From Chitinophagaceae bacterium (GTDB lineage: Bacteria > Bacteroidota > Bacteroidia > Chitinophagales > Chitinophagaceae), in the NCBI GenBank assembly GCA_020403455.1, contig JADBXP010000021.1, positions 9,743-73,742 on the forward strand: 64,000 bases of DNA. The letters are read 5' to 3'. The translations under genes and the position numbers were made by a program. Position 1 is the first letter of the stretch. Each line of letters starts with the position of its first letter. Below, piece by piece: positions 56,828-64,000 of the stretch. A model generated the notes under the pieces. That model had not been told where the DNA came from. It did not search any database and saw only the letters and a list, made by a program, of their open reading frames with translations.

Positions 56828-58087
56828 TTACTTGAAAAAGAGATAGGCAATAAAGATGGCTGAAATTACACCTATCAGGTCGGCGAGCATACCTGCCCAG
56901 ATGGCATATCTTACTTTCTTGATTCCTACGCTGCCAAAATACAAGGCAATGATGTAAAAAGTGCTGTCCGCACTACCCTGGAAAATAGAAGCCAGGTTCC
57001 CAAGGAAACTATCTACACCGTAGTTCTTAAAAACATCCAACATCAGTCCGCGACCTCCGCCCCCACTGAAAGGACGCATGATAGCAACCGGCAATGATGG
57101 AACAAATTCATTGTTGATGCCCAGATTCATGAAGACCCAGGAAATACCCTGTATGATTGCATCGAGACCGCCCGATTCTCTGAATACCCTGATTCCCACA
57201 ATGATTCCTACCAGATAAGGAATGATCTTGATGATGACCTGCCATCCCTGCTGGGCTCCTTCGATGAAGGCATCAAACACATGTACTTTTTTGAGGAGTC
57301 CGCCAATGATGAAGGCACAGATTACCAAAAAAAGTATGAGGTTTCCCAATACATTGCTGAATGTCTCTTTGGTAAACAATCCTGCATTGGGTGCATCTTT
57401 TACTGAAGGAAGCTGATAAATAAATGCAGCGAACAACAATACCCCACTGATCAATGCAGTGAGCCAGGCAATCATTACCCAATCGAAACGCAGTCGCTGA
57501 TAAATAGCGGTAACGATGATACTGGCAATGGTAGCAGTTACTGTTGCAATCATCAATGGAACAAAAACCCCTGTTGGATTGGTACTGCCTGCGCCTGCAC
57601 GATAAGCGATAATTGAAAGTGGAATGAGCGTTAATCCACTGGTATGCAAAACCAGGAACATGATCTGTGCATTGGAAGCAGTTTCCTTGTTCGGGTTGAG
57701 TGTTTGTAAACTCTCCATTGCTTTGAGGCCAAACGGTGTGGCTGCATTATCCAGGCCCAACATGTTGGCACTGAAATTCATGACCATCTGTCCCATGGCA
57801 GGATGGCGGTCCGGTACTTCCGGAAAAAGTCGTTTCATGAAAGGATTGAGCCATCTGGCCAACAAGTTGATGGCACCTGCTTTTTCCCCGATGTTCATCA
57901 AGCCCATAAAAAATACCATCACACCGGTCAGTGGCAGGGCTATATCCATCACGGATGACTTGGAAGCATCGAAAATACCCTCCACAATTTTTCGAAATAT
58001 ATCATAATCCTGAAAAACAATGAGCTTTACCAGTGCGATTACGAGTCCTATGAGAAAAAAGAATATCCATACATAATTCAGTGCCAT
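56828..58087 (-). CDS. nucleoside recognition domain membrane protein (SpmA/SpmB-like fusion)
   Basis: 419 aa polytopic membrane protein. N-terminus MALNYVWIFFFLIGLVIAL and size match the fused spore-maturation-protein-like family common in Bacteroidota. Confidence 0.6.
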   Translation of the reverse strand: MALNYVWIFFFLIGLVIALVKLIVFQDYDIFRKIVEGIFDASKSSVMDIALPLTGVMVFFMGLMNIGEKAGAINLLARWLNPFMKRLFPEVPDRHPAMGQMVMNFSANMLGLDNAATPFGLKAMESLQTLNPNKETASNAQIMFLVLHTSGLTLIPLSIIAYRAGAGSTNPTGVFVPLMIATVTATIASIIVTAIYQRLRFDWVMIAWLTALISGVLLFAAFIYQLPSVKDAPNAGLFTKETFSNVLGNLILFLVICAFIIGGLLKKVHVFDAFIEGAQQGWQVIIKIIPYLVGIIVGIRVFRESGGLDAIIQGISWVFMNLGINNEFVPSLPVAIMRPFSGGGGRGLMLDVFKNYGVDSFLGNLASIFQGSADSTFYIIALYFGSVGIKKVRYAIWAGMLADLIGVISAIFIAYLFFK

Positions 58088-58174
58088 ACGTCAAATTGTG
58101 GTTTGAAAATAGTGAATTCCGCTGATAGAAACCGATGCCGTTGTGAATTCGATTCACCCTAGGAATAAACCAAC

Positions 58175-58182
58175 TATATTTG
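58175..58182 (+). promoter_or_regulatory. Bacteroidota -7 promoter box TATATTTG
   Basis: Matches TAnnTTTG. Lies 41 nt upstream of the ychF ATG. Confidence 0.4.
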
Positions 58183-58222
58183 CACCTTGAAAATGGGACG
58201 TTTGTCCCGCAAAGCAAGCAAC

Positions 58223-59326
58223 ATGGCATTACAGGCAGGAATAGTAGGATTACCAAATGTGGGGAAATCAACCCTTTTTAATGCGGTCAGTAATAGTGCA
58301 AAAGCACAGGCAAGCAATTACCGTTTTTGTACCATTGAACCAAATGTCGGTCTTGTAGATGTCCCCGATGAGCGATTGCAGCAATTGGCTAAACTGGTGA
58401 ATCCCCAGCGCATCGTACCCACCCAACTTGAGATTGTGGACATTGCCGGTCTGGTGAAAGGTGCCAGCAAGGGGGAAGGATTGGGAAATAAGTTTTTAGG
58501 AAATATCCGCGAGGTAGATGCCATCATTCATGTGATTCGCTGTTTTGAAGATGAGAATGTGCTCAGAGAAGAGGGCAAGATCAATCCTGTAGGAGATAAA
58601 GAAATCATTGAAACTGAATTACAGCTCAAAGACCTGGAGAGTGTTGAGAAGAAATGGCAACGGGTGGAAAAGATGGCCCGTGTAGGAACAGATACCAAGG
58701 CAAAAGCAGAGTTTGATATTTTAGGAAGATGTAAAACCCATCTTGAACAGGGTAAGAACATTTATACATTGGGACTCACCAAAGAAGAAAAGCCTGCTGT
58801 TGCTGATTTGTTTCTACTGACGGATAAGCCTGTTTTGTATGTAGCCAATGTAGATGAGGCAAGCATGCATACGGGAAATGAATATTCAAAAGCTTTGGCA
58901 GCCGCTGCAGCGGCGGAAGGTGCTGAAATGATTGTGATGTGTAACAACATTGAAGCACAGATTGCAGAGATGGAACAGGAGGATGACAGAAAAATGTTCA
59001 TGGAAGAATATGGCATGAAGGAGCCGGCACTGCACCGACTGATCCAATCGGCTTATCAATTGCTGAACCTCGAAACATATTTTACTGCAGGTGAACAGGA
59101 AGTGCGCGCATGGACCATTAAGAAGGGATGGAAAGCACCTCAAGCTGCCAGTGTAATTCATACAGATTTCGAAAAAGGATTTATCAAAGCTGAAGTAATT
59201 GCCTACGAAGATTACATCAAGTTTGGCAGTGAAGCTGCTTGCCGTGAAAATGGCAAACTACGCATTGAGGGTAAAGAGTATATTGTGAAGGATGGAGACG
59301 TGATGCATTTCAGGTTCAACGTCTAA
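58223..59326 (+). CDS. ychF: redox-regulated ribosome-binding ATPase YchF
   Basis: I chose ATG 58223 (MALQAGIVGLPNVGKSTLFNA). Contains DIAGLVKGASKGEGLGNKFL and a C-terminal TGS-like end ...DGDVMHFRFNV. Confidence 0.92.
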   Translation: MALQAGIVGLPNVGKSTLFNAVSNSAKAQASNYRFCTIEPNVGLVDVPDERLQQLAKLVNPQRIVPTQLEIVDIAGLVKGASKGEGLGNKFLGNIREVDAIIHVIRCFEDENVLREEGKINPVGDKEIIETELQLKDLESVEKKWQRVEKMARVGTDTKAKAEFDILGRCKTHLEQGKNIYTLGLTKEEKPAVADLFLLTDKPVLYVANVDEASMHTGNEYSKALAAAAAAEGAEMIVMCNNIEAQIAEMEQEDDRKMFMEEYGMKEPALHRLIQSAYQLLNLETYFTAGEQEVRAWTIKKGWKAPQAASVIHTDFEKGFIKAEVIAYEDYIKFGSEAACRENGKLRIEGKEYIVKDGDVMHFRFNV

Positions 59327-59336
59327 ACCTAGTACA

Positions 59337-60134
59337 ATGAAAAAAACCGGCATTTATTTTTTACTCCTCCTGCTGGCTGCCTGTGAAGGAAACACATCAT
59401 CAACCCCTTCCGATCCAATCGTACCGCCACCCGCACAGGTACAGAATATGTCTTATACAGTACTCAATGTTTTCCCGCACGATACCACATCGTACACGCA
59501 GGGACTTCTTTTTCATAAGAATGAGTTGTATGAAGGCACGGGCATGTACAAAGAGAGCAAGCTGAAAAAAGTGGATGTCAAAACAGGTAAGGCCCTTCAA
59601 CAGATTGCTATGGCTCCGGAATATTTCGGGGAAGGAATTACCATCCTGAATAATAAGATTTATCAATTGACCTGGCAGGAACACAAAGTGTTTGTATATG
59701 ACCTGCAATTCAAACGGCTACCGGAAGTGTATGATTGGCCTTACGAGGGCTGGGGCATTACCACAGATGGTACGAACTTAATTATCAGCACAGGAGGTAG
59801 CAATCTCTATTTTGTCAATCCCAGCAATTTTTCAATTGTTAGAACATTGGGAGTTTCCGACAACAATGGATATGTTGAAAACCTCAATGAACTGGAATGG
59901 GTGGATGGTTTCATCTACGCCAATAAATACCTGACCGATCAAATACTTAAAATAGATCCTGCTAAAGGATTGGTCGTTGCCCGTGCAGATTTATCGGGTA
60001 TCATGGGGAAGAACAACGTAGTACCTGCCGGCAAGTCGGAGGTATTAAATGGTATAGCCTATCACCCTGATAAAAAAACTTTTTTTGTTACAGGAAAATA
60101 TTGGCCGGCACTTTTTGAAGTCCGGTTTCAGTGA
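59337..60134 (+). CDS. glutaminyl-peptide cyclotransferase (beta-propeller, plant/bacterial type)
   Basis: 265 aa lipoprotein (LLLAAC). Contains TQGLLFHKNELYEGTGMYKESKL, WGITTDG and LNGIAY. Confidence 0.75.
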   Translation: MKKTGIYFLLLLLAACEGNTSSTPSDPIVPPPAQVQNMSYTVLNVFPHDTTSYTQGLLFHKNELYEGTGMYKESKLKKVDVKTGKALQQIAMAPEYFGEGITILNNKIYQLTWQEHKVFVYDLQFKRLPEVYDWPYEGWGITTDGTNLIISTGGSNLYFVNPSNFSIVRTLGVSDNNGYVENLNELEWVDGFIYANKYLTDQILKIDPAKGLVVARADLSGIMGKNNVVPAGKSEVLNGIAYHPDKKTFFVTGKYWPALFEVRFQ

Positions 60135-60135
60135 T

Positions 60136-61038
60136 CTAAGCAATTGGGCGGGCGATATAAATCAGTGAACTGGTATTCTTTCCTTTCATCAGTGCCCTAA
60201 CATTAGACAGTGCACCCTGAAGAAATCCCGAGAAGATGTTGCTACCGCCTTTGGCATATTTCTCACTCAAGAGGGAAACATAAAAGGCGTCCAGCCACAT
60301 GGGCCGAACAGCAATTACTTGCAATTGGTGAGCAGCTAAAAGTTTCCGCATAGCGACAGGAGAAAAATGATACAGATGGCGGGGCACATCGTATGCTGCC
60401 CAATGTGGACCATAGTGTTGGGCATCGGGGGAAGTATAATTAGGTACAGCTATGATGAGAAATCCATCTCTGCGGAGTATCCGATGGAAATTGTGCAGGT
60501 AGGAAGATAGTTCGTGTACATGTTCCAGCACATGCCACAAAGTAATTACATCAAAATGGTTAGAAGGCAACTCGAATAAATGATCAGAGGGAAGTAGATG
60601 CAAGCCTGCTCTTTGACGAGCTATTTCCCTGGCACCGGCATCCGGTTCAAGAGCCGTTACTTGCCAGCCTCCTTTTTGCATGGTCTCTGCGAAATAACCT
60701 GTGCCTGCGCCCACTTCCAACAGATCACCGGTTGATTTACGGGTGATTCTTGTAATCAGATTTTTTTTCTGCCGCAAGGTGAAAACCCGCGCCCACTGGT
60801 AAAGTTGATTGATCAGGCCACGACTTGTATTGGTGTGGGAGATATAATCCTCGGAGATATAATAGGGTCCAATGTGTGCTGCATCCGGAGCATTGCCGGT
60901 TATACGAAAACCACAATCACTGCATTCCAATATAGGGAACTGTTCACCCGAAACAGAATGATCGGTGACGGTAAGTACTGGTAAAACAGTCGCATGACCG
61001 CAACAAAGGCAAGGTGATGATGTACCGGTAATTGGCAT
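60136..61038 (-). CDS. class I SAM-dependent methyltransferase with N-terminal Cys-rich segment
   Basis: 300 aa. LLEVGAGTGYFAE (motif I) and DVITLWHVLEHV. The N-terminus carries CLCCGH...CSDCGF. Confidence 0.75.
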   Translation of the reverse strand: MPITGTSSPCLCCGHATVLPVLTVTDHSVSGEQFPILECSDCGFRITGNAPDAAHIGPYYISEDYISHTNTSRGLINQLYQWARVFTLRQKKNLITRITRKSTGDLLEVGAGTGYFAETMQKGGWQVTALEPDAGAREIARQRAGLHLLPSDHLFELPSNHFDVITLWHVLEHVHELSSYLHNFHRILRRDGFLIIAVPNYTSPDAQHYGPHWAAYDVPRHLYHFSPVAMRKLLAAHQLQVIAVRPMWLDAFYVSLLSEKYAKGGSNIFSGFLQGALSNVRALMKGKNTSSLIYIARPIA

Positions 61039-61068
61039 ACAGCCGCAAAAGTACGAAAGGAAAGTGGG

Positions 61069-62835
61069 TTAGAACAGACGGAAAATAAGTGCAAGGGTGG
61101 CAACTGACCCAAGGAATATGCTGTAAATCCACCAATAGTCTTTCTTTTCTTCAGCAGAGGCATCCAATTCATTGCTCTTGATCTCTTCAAACTTGGCACT
61201 TGCTTTAGAAAAAATACCGCCAATACCGCCTGCGGTTTCTTCTTCTGGTATTTGTTCTTCTACTGTGGTCACTTCTTCTTCCACCCTATTGCGCCGGAAG
61301 ATACCGCTGATACTTGCTTTCATGCGGGCGAAGAATCCGGGTCTTGGCTCTTCCTCTTCCTCCACTTCTTCTTGTTGTGCGAAGCGATTGGGCAATGTGA
61401 ATGCCTGGCGAGCAACTGCATCATTTTCCTTTGGTGCCCATCTGCTGGTTTTTGATTCAGGAACCGATGTTGGAATCGGTGTAGGAATAGGCTGACCACG
61501 CAGAGGTGACCGCTTCATATCTCTAACGGCACCACCATCGGCTGCGGGCGGAACCGATCTGGAGAAAGGTACTGCCCCAGGTGTTTCCTCATTCGGTACA
61601 TTCCAGGATCTGTTTGCCGGAGGCATGGATGGTCTGGGTGTGGGTGACCAAGCAGGTGCAGGGTTATTGTTTTCAGGGAAAACAGGTGGCTCAGTATTTC
61701 TCCTACTCGTGATTGGGGGAATGGGTGGAGGATTGCTCGGTCTTGGTGTTCGGGAAGGAACATCTATGGGCAATCCGGAAAGAGCATCACTGTCTTTTTT
61801 AAAGGCAGCTGATTCATCGGGTTTACCAAATGGTGAACGGGCAGGAAACTCGTTCGGCATTCCGGTAAAGGTATTGCTATCATTATTGCGTGAAGAAGTA
61901 TCACCGGGCTGCCACTGCGGTTGACGTGCAGGCAATGGGTCGGGACTCAACAACGGATTCGGCCTTCTTCCTGTTCCTGTTGTGCTGCGCGGCATTCTGG
62001 GAGCTGTGGGTTGCGGCAGGGTTGTATTGGGTCTGGGAGTATTGGTTGTAATTGAAGACGGAGTCTGTGTCGACGGTGGAAGTGATTCTCCTTCCTTGCC
62101 CGGAAGCGGAACCCTGTTCATTCGCTCGCGCGCCTCGCGCAAATCACCGAATACTGAATTAACCTGTTCCCGCCTTTGAGCCAATTGTTGGCGCACTTGA
62201 GACAACTCAGGGGACTCCTGGTAGCTTTTGATGCTGGCATAATCGAGGGAAGGATCTAATTGTCCGGGAGGGAGTTTACTGTTCTCTGCATTGGTCGAGG
62301 AAGGTGCCGCGGCACGCAGAGGAGTTTCAACGCGAGAAGGAACAGAAGGTATGGGTGCTGCTGCTACAGGCTGAGGTGCAACCGGTGTTACCGGGGATGG
62401 ATTGGGTTGTGTTACTGCAACAGTTACCGGAGTGGATGCTGGTTCGCGGGCAACTACGGAGGACTGAACAGCTACCGGACTGTTCTCTTGTTCGAAATGA
62501 ATCAATCCCCCGGAATCTTTGGTCAATGTACCCAATCCCTTTAATCTGGCTCGTTGATGTTCCACCAATTCGGACATTACCTGCAGGGAGAAATTCAATA
62601 ACTCATTGGCGGCAGAAGCCGGACTGATCTTCATTTCTGATGCTAAAAAGGGGATGAGTCCGGTATCGGGCGTTGAAGGCGGACCGTCTTTAAAATGAAG
62701 TATAGGTTGTTTAGGATCGAGTGCGCCGGTGCTGCTGTTGAGCCGCGCAGGCTGGTAACTGACTGAAAAACTCCCCAAAGAGGGAATATTCAGGCGGTTA
62801 TTCAAAATCAGATATTTGTAAAGCAGCTGCTGCAT
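61069..62835 (-). CDS. Pro/Ser/Thr-rich tail-anchored protein with HU-like N-terminal domain
   Basis: I chose ATG 62835 (MQQLLYKYLILNNRLNIPSLGSFSV). Then a long low-complexity P-rich middle region, an acidic EEVEEEEE stretch, and a C-terminal TM helix YWWIYSIFLGSVATLALIF. Confidence 0.55.
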   Translation of the reverse strand: MQQLLYKYLILNNRLNIPSLGSFSVSYQPARLNSSTGALDPKQPILHFKDGPPSTPDTGLIPFLASEMKISPASAANELLNFSLQVMSELVEHQRARLKGLGTLTKDSGGLIHFEQENSPVAVQSSVVAREPASTPVTVAVTQPNPSPVTPVAPQPVAAAPIPSVPSRVETPLRAAAPSSTNAENSKLPPGQLDPSLDYASIKSYQESPELSQVRQQLAQRREQVNSVFGDLREARERMNRVPLPGKEGESLPPSTQTPSSITTNTPRPNTTLPQPTAPRMPRSTTGTGRRPNPLLSPDPLPARQPQWQPGDTSSRNNDSNTFTGMPNEFPARSPFGKPDESAAFKKDSDALSGLPIDVPSRTPRPSNPPPIPPITSRRNTEPPVFPENNNPAPAWSPTPRPSMPPANRSWNVPNEETPGAVPFSRSVPPAADGGAVRDMKRSPLRGQPIPTPIPTSVPESKTSRWAPKENDAVARQAFTLPNRFAQQEEVEEEEEPRPGFFARMKASISGIFRRNRVEEEVTTVEEQIPEEETAGGIGGIFSKASAKFEEIKSNELDASAEEKKDYWWIYSIFLGSVATLALIFRLF

Positions 62836-63059
62836 CCTGCTGAAAGATAATGGATTTCCAACAACGAATATACAAAACGATTGGCAAATGGATGTTAAAA
62901 CCATATCCACCCTGATACAAATAACTGAGAGATAATGGTTTTTATGGCAGGACCACCTATCTCCAAAAATCCGATTTTGCCGGAGCAACTTCTATTTTTT
63001 ATTCAGGACTTATCAGACCAAAAGCAGGTTTATTGTACTTTTAGGGCCATCGACCATCT

Positions 63060-63473
63060 ATGTACGAACACATCACAACCCTTAGGGTCAGGTATGCGGA
63101 AACCGATCAAATGAATATTGTCTACTATGGTAACTATGCACAGTATTTTGAAGTGGGTCGTGCAGAGTGCATCCGTGATCTTGGGTTCTCTTACAAGAAA
63201 ATGGAAGAGCTCGGCGTACACATGCCGGTGGTTGAACTTAAAGTAAAATTTCTACGTCCCGCCAGATATGATGATTTGATTACCATCAAAACGATGCTGC
63301 ATGAACTACCGGAGAAATATGAGATTACTTTTCACCATGAAGTGTACAATGAGAGAAAGAAAATACTCACTACCGGGCAGGTAACACTCATGTTCATTGA
63401 TGCGGCTGCGAATAAGAGAATGAGGATGCCTGATTTCCTTCGGGAAAAGTTGGCCCCCTTTTTCCTCCATTAA
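63060..63473 (+). CDS. acyl-CoA thioesterase (YbgC/4HBT hotdog fold)
   Basis: 137 aa. Contains LRVRYAETDQMNIVYYGNYAQYFEVGRAE. Confidence 0.8.
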   Translation: MYEHITTLRVRYAETDQMNIVYYGNYAQYFEVGRAECIRDLGFSYKKMEELGVHMPVVELKVKFLRPARYDDLITIKTMLHELPEKYEITFHHEVYNERKKILTTGQVTLMFIDAAANKRMRMPDFLREKLAPFFLH

Positions 63474-63895
63474 ACCCTGTGGTAATCTCCCCGCCAGTTT
63501 TGAATGGCTTGTTTGATGTCTTTTGCAGATAATTTTTCCCGGAGGGCCCTTTCGATCAGAGAGAGAAACTCTTCATCGGATGCAAAACGCAGTGCCAGGA
63601 TCTGAGACATGCGCAAATCGGAGGGTAAAGCTTTTCCGGTCATGATGTAGTGACGCATGTTTTCTTCTGCACGAATCACCCGATTCTGAGCGATCAATGC
63701 AAATGAACGAGCGTAAAAGGTAATGAATACCAGCACCACAGACATAAAACAGATTAGTGAGGCAGAATAAAAATTACTGCAATCTGATTTTACCAGGTTC
63801 ACGATGGAGCCAATGAGGAGAGCAAGTAAAGCCGGCAACAGAACATAGTGATATCCGGCTACATACCTCTTGTGGTTGGAAAAGTTTTGTGACAT
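63470..63895 (-). CDS. hypothetical two-TM membrane protein
   Basis: 141 aa with two hydrophobic helices then a soluble tail. No family recognised. Confidence 0.45.
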   Translation of the reverse strand: MSQNFSNHKRYVAGYHYVLLPALLALLIGSIVNLVKSDCSNFYSASLICFMSVVLVFITFYARSFALIAQNRVIRAEENMRHYIMTGKALPSDLRMSQILALRFASDEEFLSLIERALREKLSAKDIKQAIQNWRGDYHRV

Positions 63896-63918
63896 ATAAA
63901 TATTGATTGATTAAAATA

Positions 63919-64000
63919 TTACTTTTTTAATTCGTTGAGCAGGGTGAACATTTTATTGACAATGCTTCCCGACGAACCATCAAAATTATTGATGATAATT
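63919..64000 (-). CDS. C-terminal end of an unidentified CDS running off the window
   Basis: Manual minus-strand translation gives ...IINNFDGSSGSIVNKMFTLLNELKK* with the stop at 63921-63919. Confidence 0.3.
   Translation of the reverse strand, partial: IIINNFDGSSGSIVNKMFTLLNELKK

Noticed and set aside
1-64000. Search for CRISPR arrays, rRNA genes, integrase or transposase genes, and phage structural genes.
   Set aside because: I saw no regularly spaced short direct repeats, no rRNA-like sequence, and no ORF with recombinase or transposase motifs. The only mobile-element signals are the intron relic and the tRNA-end repeats.

Overview
This 64 kb window looks like a Bacteroidota chromosome. 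The evidence is two SusC/SusD pairs, TAnnTTTG-type -7 promoter boxes, a DUF4199-like gene and lipoprotein signal peptides. A Chitinophagaceae/Sphingobacteriia-like origin is only my inference. There are four blocks.

(1) 1-5343: a cupin gene fragment, then a visibly AT-rich accessory islet (about 480-5270) abutting a tRNA-Pro(GGG) on the minus strand. The islet holds three copies of a repeat made of the tRNA 3' end, a spacer and a bidirectional terminator hairpin. These copies split it into three small cargo modules: three small membrane proteins; a TlpA-like thioredoxin; and a 175 aa + 57 aa gene pair. It also carries an ORF-less, 5'-truncated group II intron relic with canonical-looking domains V and VI. 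I see no integrase.

(2) 5463-15223: housekeeping and envelope genes. These are a dihydroorotase-like protein with degenerate catalytic motifs, a DUF4199-like protein, GT2, GT4, GmhA/HddC-like/GmhB heptose genes, LepA and a KirBac-type K+ channel.

(3) 15261-46625: a roughly 30 kb, 17-gene minus-strand polysaccharide utilization locus. In transcription order it encodes 2x SusC/SusD, 2x heparinase II/III-like, a sulfatase, a formylglycine-generating enzyme (FGE), a Ca-binding-repeat protein of unknown function, a SASA esterase, GH2, a CE7-like esterase, GH3, an unclassified clan GH-A-like protein, DUF4861, KduD and KduI. A divergent LacI regulator sits upstream, with a perfect 18-bp LacI-type operator palindrome in the shared promoter region.

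(4) 46733-64000: core metabolism (tpiA, pruA, pdhA, ribH, ychF and others) with one unusually long intergenic region full of GC-rich palindromic repeats.

The best candidates for something new are the tRNA-linked islet with its intron relic and repeat scars, and the uncharacterised enzymes inside the PUL. All calls are by-eye motif recognition; no searches were run.
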